A DNA stretch of 32,000 bases from Candidatus Saccharimonadota bacterium (GTDB lineage: Bacteria; Patescibacteriota; Gracilibacteria; BD1-5; UBA2023), in contig BAAFHK010000001.1 in NCBI GenBank assembly GCA_042852035.1, positions 30,001-62,000 of the forward strand. Reading direction: 5' to 3'. The notes beneath the pieces were generated by a model. The model made no database searches and was not told the DNA's origin. It saw only the letters and a program-made list of their open reading frames with translations. Position numbers and translations under genes: made by a program. Below are positions 23,285 through 32,000 of this stretch, piece after piece; the first letter of the stretch is position 1, and every line of letters starts with the position of its first letter.

Positions 23285-23313
23285 ATATTAAAAATCAATT
23301 TATAATATGTCAA
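23285..23313 (-). promoter_or_regulatory. candidate promoter of giant ORF 3
   Basis: Minus strand: TTGACA (plus 23308..23313), 17-nt spacer, TAATAT (plus 23285..23290), 25 nt upstream of ATG 23259. Confidence 0.45.
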
Positions 23314-23415
23314 TAAACTATAGTTTTTTATACTAAAATGTATTTTTAAACATATTCCATTGACTTATATAAATTTAGTATAATATTTAATTATTAAATT
23401 CGTTATTTAAAAAAA

Positions 23416-26400
23416 ATGCAAGGCAATACTCATATGCGAAATGGTGATATCGTGGATGTATATGGAAGAGTTATTACGAGAGAAGAGGCTTTTGATATAA
23501 TGCGAATGGCTCACGGGCTGCCGGCTGCAAGCATGAGAGCTGATATTCTCCATGCTTTGGAACATCACCCGATAACTATAGTACAAGGAGAAACTGGAAG
23601 TTGAAAAACAACACAAATACCAAAATTTTTAGTGGAAAGATATCCAAATAAGCAAATTGTCGTAACTCAACCAAGAGTGCTTTCTGCCATAGCAAATTCG
23701 AATCGTGTAGCGCTAGAGCTCCTTGCTGAGACTGGAAATCCAAGATTTTCAATATGACAAAAAGTTTGATTCCGTACATGACCACAAAAAAGCCACCCCT
23801 CTACAGCCCCACTTTCTTTTCATACCGATGGACTGGAGCTGAGGAGACAGTTGGTAGCATCCATCATACCTGATATTCTTGTTCTTGATGAGGCACATGG
23901 ATTTCCTGTCGCAGGAGAAATGATTTCGTGGAATATGCGAGAGAAACTCAGGAAAGATCCTAAACTTCGAATGATTATCACCTCAGCAACTCTTGATCCA
24001 GCAGTATTTCGAGAGTACTATAAGGGTATAGATCGTGATATTCCTCTCATTCAAATTCCTGGGAGGACATTTCCAGTTGATCGGAAACTGGACGCAGAAA
24101 GCTCTCTGATAGATGAGGTTGTTATGGCTTATAGAAATTGAGAAAACATACTCGTTTTTGAAGCGTGAAAAAAAGAAATCGAGCTTGAAATCGAAAAACT
24201 CCGAACAATTCTCTGACCTGATGCCCAGATATTTCCTTTGCACGCAGAAATGCCAAAAGAAGAGCAAGAAAAACTTTTAAAAAAGGATCCCAACGACCGA
24301 AGGCCTCGAATTATTGTAGCAACGAACGTTGCCGAAGAGAGTATTACTATTGATTACATTGATCGAGTTGTAGATAGTGCTCGATATAAAGTTTCGCGTT
24401 ATAATGAGGCCTGAATCCCAGGACTGTATCTCGAAGATATTCCCATGTCGAGCGTTAAGCAACGTTCCTGAAGAGTATGAAGAACCCATCCATGAATATA
24501 TTCTCGTCATAGTGATACACCGTTCAATGAATTGCCAGAATACGGGGATGCCCCGATAGAAAAAGAAATGCTTGATCAGCACATTCTTATGCTCCTTGCG
24601 GAAGGTTATGACATGCGAACAATTATAGATGAAGCTAAGAGTCGTGGAGAAAGTCCATTTTATCATAGATTTGATGTGTGACTTCTTCGTATTTCTTATG
24701 AGAGACTCAAACAAATTGGTGCAATTACCAAAAATGGAGCCCTCACAGAATTAGGATACACACTTTTACGTTACCCTCTTGATGTTTATTACGGACGCAT
24801 GCTCCATGAATCCATTGATCGATCTTGTGTTGATGAGATGATGATTATTGTATCGATACTTGAAAAGAAAGGATTCCTTTCTAAAGAAGACACATGGAAG
24901 AATCTTGGTATTGTAAAACCGGGTACGTCAGACCTTGCTGGATATACGGCATTATTTCGTTTCTTTACAGCCACAGAAATTACCCCTAAACAAGCAGAAA
25001 AACTGAAAGAATTCTGAGCAAATCCGGATGAAGTTGACGATTTTATGACACGAAGGCACTCGAAGAATAATCCAAGACTTTTTGAGATAGTTGATCTTAC
25101 TCCAATTGGCGTAAAAAAAGCAAGGATTAAAGCAGTATATGATAAGTACCTTGAGCTCCAAAAACGATTTGAGATGCTTGAAATACCTATAACAACAGGA
25201 AAAGATAAAAATGCTATTGCGATTTCTATAGCTACATGAAGTCCATTCTTTCTCTATTCTTATAATGATGAAGAAGGATGATTTATCTCACAAAAACAAT
25301 CAGGAAGCAAAGATGCGGATATATTTCGAATGGGGGATATTTCACTCGTGGAGCCTGAAGACGGTGCGCGTTACATAGGGCAACCATTTATTATTTGACC
25401 GAAAGATGAATCGAGCTCGTGAATGAGGCTCCTATCATTTATTACTCAGGTAGATGATGCTATTATAAAGGAAGCACAGGCTACCAATGCTCGTTATGCA
25501 AAAGCAGAATATTCTCATGAAGAATGAAATGTCCATCATGCTGGTATTTTAGAGTGGACATGAAATCAAGGAGGAGGATCTGGAGGTGTCACTCAGGCGT
25601 GAGCGAGATCTTTACAATGACAATCAACCGCAGCAAAGGGAAGTCCTCATCGAGCTGAGAAACTCGCGCATTATCCTGATATAGCATTAGGAGAAGAAAC
25701 TTATGCAAACTCTCTTGAGCAACTTTATGATGCTCCATTTACCTCTGATGAAGCATCTCGGGATTATTATCTTCGATACTGTCTTCCACTTTTTCTTATA
25801 GAACACAATCAGGCAATTCGAAAATATATAAAATGAAAATCACCAGAATGGGTTGCAATATTTCGAGAGTTGCTCACACGATTCGTTCTTGATGAGGCTC
25901 AACGTATTCGATTACAGAATTTAGAAGTAACAGAACGAAGTTTTCGTTATGACTCATGAATTCTCCAGAGATTTGAGGAATCAAATGACTTTCATATTCG
26001 TTACTTCAGGATTCATGGGATGCTTCCTGAGATACGAGGACCAAAAGAGGGCGCTCCAAAAGAAAGTGATTTTGACATTTTGGACTATCCAGATGAAGAT
26101 ATTGAGGGAATGAGAAAGCAATATGCAAAAAGACTCGGATGAGCAAACCGATTCAGTGTAGCTATCGATTCCGATAGTATCGAAGAGCAATATTTTACAT
26201 CGCGAGTACTCGCCATTAGTGAATGAGATGGAACTGAAGAAGAAATAGGTGCATATGCTGTTATAAAGGACATATATGATTCAGTTGGTCGATTGGATCA
26301 AGTTGAGAGAGGATCAATGAGTCGATGACTCAAGAAGATGAGTTCTCAAAAGAAGGATATTGATAAGCTCGCGAAAAAAATATGAGGACTTCAAGTAGTA

Positions 26401-27105
26401 TATGATGCACTTTCTATGGCTTCAGATTTACGATATAGGGCATCAAGTTTACGAGTACATCAAAAGGTGCTCCATGATGCATGAAAAATTTTTGAGGATT
26501 TTTGAATTTGAGGATCTTATAATCAGGCCCTCCAAAGAGCATTTTCAGATGATTCGAAAAAAAGAAAAAGAGGCGCAAATGCCCTTAAATGATACCGAAC
26601 AGCATTGGGGGGATTAATTCATTCACATTCTGAAAGAAAACGTGAATTGGAAGGGCAACTTTCATTTGCAGAATTTCCACAACTTCGAACTCTTTGAGAT
26701 ACGTTGAATCGTTTGGCTGCGAGTATGTATCAAGGTGACTACTTAAGACTGCGAATTCAACCAAAGATGCTAGAAACTTTACGGGCTCTTGTGCGAGATT
26801 ATGGAACAGAACGTCTATGAATGGATGCTCTACTAACGAATTTTATTTATCATAGACAATCAGGGAATTTCCTTGTGGACGATGGAGTAAAATTTCAAGA
26901 AATCCGAGAATATCTCGATGCATGGGAAGTTATAGAAAATCATCAGATGGATATCGCTGAAGAAGTTAAGAAATCAGACGATGCTGAATATATTCGATTG
27001 ATGCTCAAAAAACTTGAAGAGGCAATATGAAATCTAGAAGAGTCGCACAAAAAGCTCAAGCGAAATCCAATCTATAAGAAATTCCAAGAATCTGTTAAGG
27101 CCTAG
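23416..27105 (+). CDS. hrpA: HrpA-like DEAH-box ATP-dependent helicase with long C-terminal extension (1229 aa)
   Basis: GETGS-G-KTT Walker A (TGA 23602..23604), LDEAH, TSATLD, TNVAEESITI, and QRS-G-RV-G-R motif VI (TGAs 24469..24471 and 24478..24480). HA2-like region LTELGYTLLRYPLDVYYGRML. The frame was verified to TAG 27103..27105. 34 in-frame TGAs. Joins track ORFs 23416..23604, 23851..24141, 24799..25017, 25045..25239 and 26821..27030. Confidence 0.85.
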
Positions 27106-27574
27106 AAAGGAGAGATGGAATTTTCGGAGCAAATATAATTCTAATAACCATCTCTCGTCTCAGGTTTATGAACTGCTCTAGGAATTTGAGTACAAATTCT
27201 ATATCTGATTCACTGCGTTTCGTACTGAGGAGAGCTTTTGAAGTGTCACGATTATAAGCAAGAGCTCTACCGCTTTTTATATTTCTTTTTCTCTGATTTC
27301 TTCTTTCTATTCCAGAAAGAATATTTGGTAGTGCTGTTTCAAATTCTCTTCTTCCTTTTGCCAAATTTTCAAGATCGAGAAGGAGTTCTTTATGCATTTT
27401 TTCTCTCGTCTCATAAGACAAAGTTCTTTTTTTATGCTCATGAGCAAGGAATGCTGCCACGCGTCACCTTACCCTGTATCCAAGTCTCATCCATGTATTT
27501 CATACCTGTGAGGGAGAAATCTTATTACTCGCAAGGTCTTCAATCGATAATGTATCCTGAGAAGTATGTTCCAT
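27095..27574 (-). CDS. hypothetical basic protein (159 aa)
   Basis: ATG 27574 lies 2 nt after the recG stop. Joins track ORFs 27500..27706 (part) and 27095..27460. TAA 27095..27097. Its 3' end overlaps the convergent hrpA end by 11 nt. No family recognised. Confidence 0.45.
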
Positions 27575-27576
27575 AA

Positions 27577-29547
27577 TTATTTTTTTGATTTCATCCACTC
27601 TTCGATGTCCTCTCTGATTTCTGAGATGAGATTCACATCTCGGAGATCTGCAAAGTGAAAGTCTGGAACGCCAGATTGCCTTACCCCGTAAACTTCTCAT
27701 GGTCATCTGAGTTCGAGATCTATTTCTGCAAGCTCAAATCCATCATTCGTTTTTTCCATTGCCTTCAGACGATCAGTCTTGTATTCCTTTGTTGTAAAAA
27801 GATAACAATAACTCTGATGTTCACCTCGGCCGACACGCCCGCGAAATTGGTGGAGTTGTGAAAGTCAGAATCGTTCCGAAGCCTCGATACAGATAATAGT
27901 TGCGTTCGGATTATTTACTCAGACTTCTACGACAGAAGTGGAAGAGAGGATATGAATTTTGTTTTCATAAAAATCTTGCATCACCTGATCTTTTTCTTTC
28001 CCGCTCATTTTCCCATGAATGAGGCCGATACTCAGCTTAGGAAAAACGCTTGAGAGGGTTACTTGCATCTCGGTTGCGCTTGCTATATCAAGGGTTTCTG
28101 ATTCGCTCACAAGTGGAGAAATCCAATAGACCTGACGTCCTTGTCGTACTTCCTCCTCGATAAATCGATACACTTCTACACGCTGATCTTCCCGGATGAC
28201 TCGAGTATGGATTGGTTTTCTTCCTGCTGGATATTCATCAAGGACTGAAACATCCTGATCTCCATAGATGGTGAGGGCGAGAGTCCGAGGGATAGGAGTT
28301 GCTGACATATTGAGTCGATGTGGAACAATTTTTGATCGACTACAGTACTCTTCAAGAGTTTTGCGTTGTTCTACACCAAACCGGTGTTGCTCATCAACGA
28401 CCACGAATCAGAGGTTCGCAAAGCCTACCGTATCTTGTATGAGAGCATGAGTTCCAAAAATGATATCCGTTTGTCCATTTTTGAGTCGTTCTCGAGCATC
28501 TTCCTTCATTCGAGGAGTGAGTGAGCCAACGAGGAGATCAGACTGAATACCGAGTTCTATAAGCCAAGCCTCATTGCCACTGAAGTGTTGTCTTGCAAGG
28601 ATTTCAGTAGGGGCCATGATGGCTACTTGAATGGCTTTGGTCTTTATTATGTGTATGGCAGCAAGTAAAGCGACTATAGTTTTTCCCGTTCATACATCAC
28701 CCTGGAGAAGACGAGCCATAGCATGGGGTTTTTCCATATCTTTGAGAATCTGGAAGAGAACAATTTTTTGTTTATTTGTCAGAGGGAAAGGGAGTCCTTC
28801 GATAAGAGTCTTCATGAGTTCACTGTCGAGTGGAGTGTTCATTGCATGACCTTCACTTTCAGCAAGGGCTTTGTATTTTTTTTCGACGCCTATCATTTGG
28901 AATCGAAATAATTCTCCATATCAGAGTTCAAATTTTGCACGTTCAAAATCTTCGATAGAAGAAGGGTAATGGATATCATGTATCGAATCGGATTTGATTC
29001 GAAGTCTTTTTTTCTTCCTGATATCATCAGGAATATCATCTTCAATCTCTGAAACAAAAGATGAGAGAAGCTTCATCTTATCTCTGATCCAGCTACCAGG
29101 AATATAGTTTACATCAGAATATACGGGTTGTATTTCTTGTCGTTTGGGAGAAAAATGCTCGATTTCCACACTCGGAAAAGAAAGTCTTCCATATTCATAC
29201 TTTGCTTTCCCATAAATAAGTACGCTATCTCCTTTGGTAAACTTCGAAAGAATAAGGCGCTGATTAAACCACACAGCTTCGGCATGCATTCCATCGCTGT
29301 CAGTAAGCACTGCCTTGATGAGGAGTTTCTTATTTCTCGTCATCTCACTTGTAATCAGTTCTATAGTGCACTTGATTGCTTGTTTCTCAGTTATATTTAT
29401 GAGGGAAAATTTTGAGAGAACATCACTTTTATCTTCGTATTCTTTCGGAAAAAGCATCAAAAAATCCCGAGTTGTTTCGATACCAGCCTCTTTTAATTTT
29501 TTTATATATACATCGGTAGTGTGGAGGAGTGATTTTGTGAGGAGCAT
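27577..29547 (-). CDS. recG: ATP-dependent DNA helicase RecG (656 aa)
   Basis: GDV-G-TGKT Walker A (TGA = plus tca 28690..28692), [31 protein letters not shown], and [17 protein letters not shown] (TGAs 27703..27705 and 27697..27699). Four track ORFs share one frame. ATG 29547 (MLLTKSLL), TAA 27577..27579. Confidence 0.93.
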
Positions 29548-29742
29548 TTCTCGTATAGTAGAGAAAAAATAAGAAAAGGCAAAAAATGAAAAAGGCCACA
29601 CTGCATACTGCAGGGGCCAATGTAGGTTGGAAACTCCTTTCGGAGTCAAAGAGCAATCCTTTCCGGTTGCCTAAGTGGTCAGAGACCATTCCGTGATTGA
29701 TATGCCACCATGGTTATTTTGACTTCTGGTGGAGGAGAGATG

Positions 29743-30006
29743 TCAGGGCGCCTTCACGAGGTGAACATCGAGTTGCCATTGATGCTTCTTGCGCAGCCAG
29801 TCAGCGCAGCCAGGGCAGATCTTGATGCCGGTGGCTTCGAGGCAAGCGATGAAGCGTTCCTGTTCAGCGGCACCAGCAGCCACCAGAGCGTTCCAGCTCG
29901 ACTGCAACTTCTGCAGCACGATGACCCCATTGGTCGCAAGACCTTGGAGCATCTTGCTGATGCTCGAATGTATCCCGTCTTCACGGGAGCCTTTCGGTTT
30001 TCTCAT
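29743..30006 (-). CDS. small protein of unknown function (87 aa if TGA is stop; 111 aa under table 25)
   Basis: ATG 30006 is preceded by AAGGAAG (plus 30015..30021), 8 nt upstream. No internal TGA. Ends on TGA 29743..29745; the next table-25 stop is TAG 29671..29673. Cys cluster C-x9-CPGC. Confidence 0.5.
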   Translation of the reverse strand: MRKPKGSREDGIHSSISKMLQGLATNGVIVLQKLQSSWNALVAAGAAEQERFIACLEATGIKICPGCADWLRKKHQWQLDVHLVKAP

Positions 30007-30121
30007 GTCGTTGTCTTCCTTGTCTCAGATGTCTGATTTCCCACCATTCTTCAGGTGAGACCTTTTACCACAGGATCAGTGTGGTAAATAGTAAATTAGA
30101 GATTTATTTTATTTTGTCAAT

Positions 30122-30151
30122 ATAAAAAAGATTCACGATTGGGTGAATCTT
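30122..30151 (-). terminator. rho-independent terminator (minus strand) in the AT-rich spacer
   Basis: Minus strand reads aagattcac-ccaatc-gtgaatctt followed by ttttat. Confidence 0.55.
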
Positions 30152-30167
30152 AGGTTTATACAAGTGA

Positions 30168-30189
30168 AGGCCCGCGCAGTGGCGGGCCT
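30168..30189 (-). terminator. GC-rich hairpin downstream of the 105-aa ORF
   Basis: aggcccgc / gcgggcct 8-bp stem, 6-nt loop. No clear U-run. Confidence 0.4.
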
Positions 30190-30262
30190 CTTTACCATTC
30201 CCTCGTTTCTCCTTTCATTCCTTACTTTCGTAGAAACTTAGGAGAATGGTTGTTGGAGGGGT

Positions 30263-30580
30263 TCAGTGCAGCCGGAGTTTCTTCCGCTTGCTCTTGGCGG
30301 CTTCGATGAGGTCATGCGCCGACTGGAAGGGTGACTTTTCGCCGTGGCGACGCTTCACACCGTGTTCTTCCAGCAGGCGCTCTTCCTCTTGCTTGAAGGC
30401 AAGAATCGTCGGGGACAACTTCGTCCCCGAGGCGTGATTCTTGTCCAGTTCATAAGCCGTTGCCAAGAGCTTGGTCCAGCGGTCCTTCTTCTGGGCCGAA
30501 CGCTTCTGCCGGGCATGCCAGCTTTGGCGCATCCGGTCACCACGGGACCTGTCATTTTCGTGAGTTTGCAGTTGTTGCAT
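30263..30580 (-). CDS. small basic protein of unknown function (105 aa if TGA is stop; 158 aa under table 25)
   Basis: ATG 30580 is preceded by GAGGAGG (core GGAGG = plus 30585..30589). No internal TGA. Ends on TGA 30263..30265; the next table-25 stop is TAA 30104..30106. Lys/Arg-rich. Confidence 0.55.
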   Translation of the reverse strand: MQQLQTHENDRSRGDRMRQSWHARQKRSAQKKDRWTKLLATAYELDKNHASGTKLSPTILAFKQEEERLLEEHGVKRRHGEKSPFQSAHDLIEAAKSKRKKLRLH

Positions 30581-30678
30581 TTCCCCTCCTCAAGGGAATA
30601 GGTCAAATAATGAACTGGCGCCCCACGGCACCATCATCCTATTAAATGACACCTGTAGTCTATCGCTTCTCTAGTTTC

Positions 30679-30759
30679 TTGTCAAACAAATTTTCTCATT
30701 TTATATATGAAAATGATTCTCACTCTTTCATTTTACTCGGTTCTTTTTTTAGATATAAT
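30679..30759 (+). promoter_or_regulatory. candidate sodB promoter(s)
   Basis: Candidate 1: TTGTCA 30679..30684, 17 nt, TATATA 30702..30707. Candidate 2: TTTTAC 30731..30736, 17 nt, TATAAT 30754..30759. ATG at 30782. Confidence 0.3.
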
Positions 30760-30781
30760 ACGTCTATATTAAATTTTTACT

Positions 30782-31369
30782 ATGTCATTTATTCTTCCTT
30801 CTCTCCCATACGCTCTTGATGCACTCGAGCCTCATATCTCAAAAGAAACTCTTGAATATCACTATGGGAAACACCATCAGACCTACGTTGATAATCTGAA
30901 TCGTCTCCTTCCAGGAAGCGAATACGAAGGGAAAACTCTTGAGGAAATTATAAAGAATGCCCCTGCTTGAGGAATATTTAATAATGCAGCCCAAATCTGG
31001 AACCATACATTTTATTTTGAATCCCTCACGCCTGCTGGGCACCATATTCCTTCGAAATCACTCTATGATGCGATTAATCTGAGGTGGGAATCTCTTGATA
31101 ATTTCATTGCAGAATTCAACAAGGCAGCTCTCGCAAATTTTGGATCAGGCTGGACCTGGCTTGTTACAAAAAAAGATGGAACACTCGAGATTGTATCCAC
31201 GAAAAATGCAGATACTCCTCTTACTACCTCTGAGATTCCACTCCTTACTTGTGATGTCTGGGAGCATGCATACTATATTGATTACCGAAATGCTCGAGCG
31301 AAGTATGTAGAAAATTTCTGGAAGGTAGTCGATTGGCATCGAGTGAGTGATCGTTATGATAAAAGATAA
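30782..31369 (+). CDS. sodB: Fe-type superoxide dismutase (195 aa)
   Basis: [25 protein letters not shown], then TGA 30968..30970 at the Gly of [16 protein letters not shown], then [16 protein letters not shown] 31367..31369. Confidence 0.95.
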
Positions 31370-31373
31370 AAAT

Positions 31374-31401
31374 AAAAAATCCCGCACCTGCGGGATTTTT
31401 T
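31374..31401. terminator. bidirectional rho-independent terminator
   Basis: Perfect 12-bp stem aaaaaatcccgc / gcgggatttttt, loop acct, between convergent sodB and the transferase gene. Confidence 0.75.
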
Positions 31402-32000
31402 ATTTTTTCTTCACGATTGAGAGAATCTTTGTCATAAAGAGAGTGATGATTGCGATAAAAATAAAGAGAATTATTTTTCCTTTTGTATCAAGGAAAATAG
31501 CTGCGATTCAAAAGCTTGCTGCGAGAATGTATATGATATTGCGAATATTTGCATGAGTGAATCCAAGTTCAAGGAGACGAAAATGGAGGTGATGAGTCTG
31601 ATCTCATTTCATCGGATTTTTCCCTTGCATAATACGAACCCCGACTACATATATAAGATCAATAAGATAAATCCCAATCACTGACATTGCAGTAGCAATC
31701 TTCCCTCATGCTACGATCGCAAGAGTTGCAATAAAGAATGCGAGGAGTATTGTTCCAGAATCTCCCATAATCCCACTCCGATGAATATCATGATAGGTTA
31801 CAAGAGCTGTTATGGGCAAAAGAATCATCACGAAAATAAGGATGAATTGACTGTTTTCAACTGCAGCTTCTGTAGTATCTGTGAGTGAGAGTTTAAGAGC
31901 GAGAAATCAAAGAATTACGAAGCTAATAAGAGAGAATCATCATGTTAGCCCAGGGATTCCATCAGAAAAATTTATGCTATTAAATACTAGAACGTACCAA
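31400..32000 (-). CDS. glycosyltransferase family 4 polyprenyl-phosphate sugar-1-phosphate transferase (MraY/WecA family), 5' end outside the window
   Basis: The manual minus-strand translation is open to the window edge. FNSINFSDGIPGL (NxxNxxDGxDGL), MGDSGT and DQTHHLHFRL motifs, hydrophobic throughout. TAA 31400..31402. Several in-frame TGAs. Confidence 0.8.

Larger units (their letters stand above)
29594..30655. other. GC-rich, compositionally foreign segment (two GC blocks split by an AT-rich spacer at 30060..30165)
   Basis: Hand counts are 34/60, 37/60 and 36/60 G+C for the lines starting at 29761, 29821 and 30301, versus 16/60 for the host line 20221. Contains the only Shine-Dalgarno-preceded, TGA-terminated ORFs in the window. 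No integrase, transposase or flanking repeat was recognised. Confidence 0.7.

Noticed and set aside
24277-24714. 145-aa minus-strand track ORF.
   Set aside because: It is antisense to the helicase core (motifs V and VI of hrpA lie here), so it is a shadow ORF.
29548-29649. A TTG-initiated N-terminal extension of recG (track ORF start 29649).
   Set aside because: The extension is hydrophobic and aromatic with no RecG counterpart, and it runs into the GC-rich flank. ATG 29547 gives a typical RecG N-terminus.
29653-29670. A hairpin with a GGAA(A) loop on the minus strand, as possible SRP (4.5S) RNA domain IV.
   Set aside because: The conserved flanking AGGxCAGG / AGCAGC symmetric-loop nucleotides are missing, and the helix is too short.
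29727-29740. A CTCCACCA string on the minus strand, resembling a tRNA or tmRNA 3' end.
   Set aside because: No complementary 5' acceptor strand (GGAGGAG) and no T-arm (GGTTCGAATCC-like) at the expected distance upstream. The upstream sequence is the 87-aa ORF.
29791-29813. The tandem 10-mer gcgcagccag repeated 13 nt apart, as a possible repeat array.
   Set aside because: There are only two copies and they lie inside the 87-aa ORF. There is no CRISPR-like periodicity anywhere in the window.
29710-30645. Plus-strand and alternative-frame ORFs in the GC-rich segment (for example 29710..30036, 29789..30058, 30344..30601).
   Set aside because: High GC suppresses stop codons in all frames. These ORFs lack SD and start context and have skewed composition. 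The two SD-preceded minus-strand ORFs are the better models, though even they are unconfirmed.
1-32000. The many TGA-interrupted housekeeping genes could be pseudogenes in a decaying genome.
   Set aside because: Every interruption is TGA, never TAA or TAG. The frames stay intact over up to 1229 codons, and the TGAs coincide with conserved Gly residues in catalytic motifs. Recoding explains this; decay does not.

Overview
This is an AT-rich bacterial chromosome segment that can only be read if UGA is a sense codon. In-frame TGAs fall on invariant glycines of RecA, RecG, an HrpA-type DEAH helicase, LexA, DnaJ and Fe-SOD. I therefore re-annotated the window by hand with translation table 25 (UGA=Gly, the code of Gracilibacteria and Absconditabacteria/SR1). 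The supplied standard-code ORF track shows only gene fragments. Once merged, the window holds 25 host CDS plus two foreign-looking small ORFs, at high coding density.

Gene content, in order:
- 1..8336: hypothetical and envelope genes, including two tandem acidic paralogues, a CPBP-like membrane protein, a PLDc_N membrane protein and a secreted Kazal-Kazal-SLH-META protein.
- 8379..14566: two adjacent giant helical ORFs of 1059 and 1000 aa.
- An FNR-like reductase.
- A minus-strand repair/stress run: recA, lexA, a Zn-ribbon ORF, dnaJ, trxA and an O-methyltransferase.
- A third giant ORF (1030 aa), divergent from a 1229-aa HrpA-like helicase.
- recG, Fe-SOD and a partial MraY/WecA-family transferase.

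I saw no rRNA, tRNA, CRISPR array, transposase or integrase.

The main anomaly is a ~1.06 kb GC-rich segment at 29594..30655, between recG and sodB. Hand-counted lines give ~57-62% GC there, against 27% in the one host line counted; the rest of the window is visibly AT-rich. It carries two small ORFs that have Shine-Dalgarno sites and end on TGA, so they look like standard-code genes inside a UGA=Gly genome.

All coordinates come from manual frame tracking. Functions come from motif recognition only; no database search was possible.
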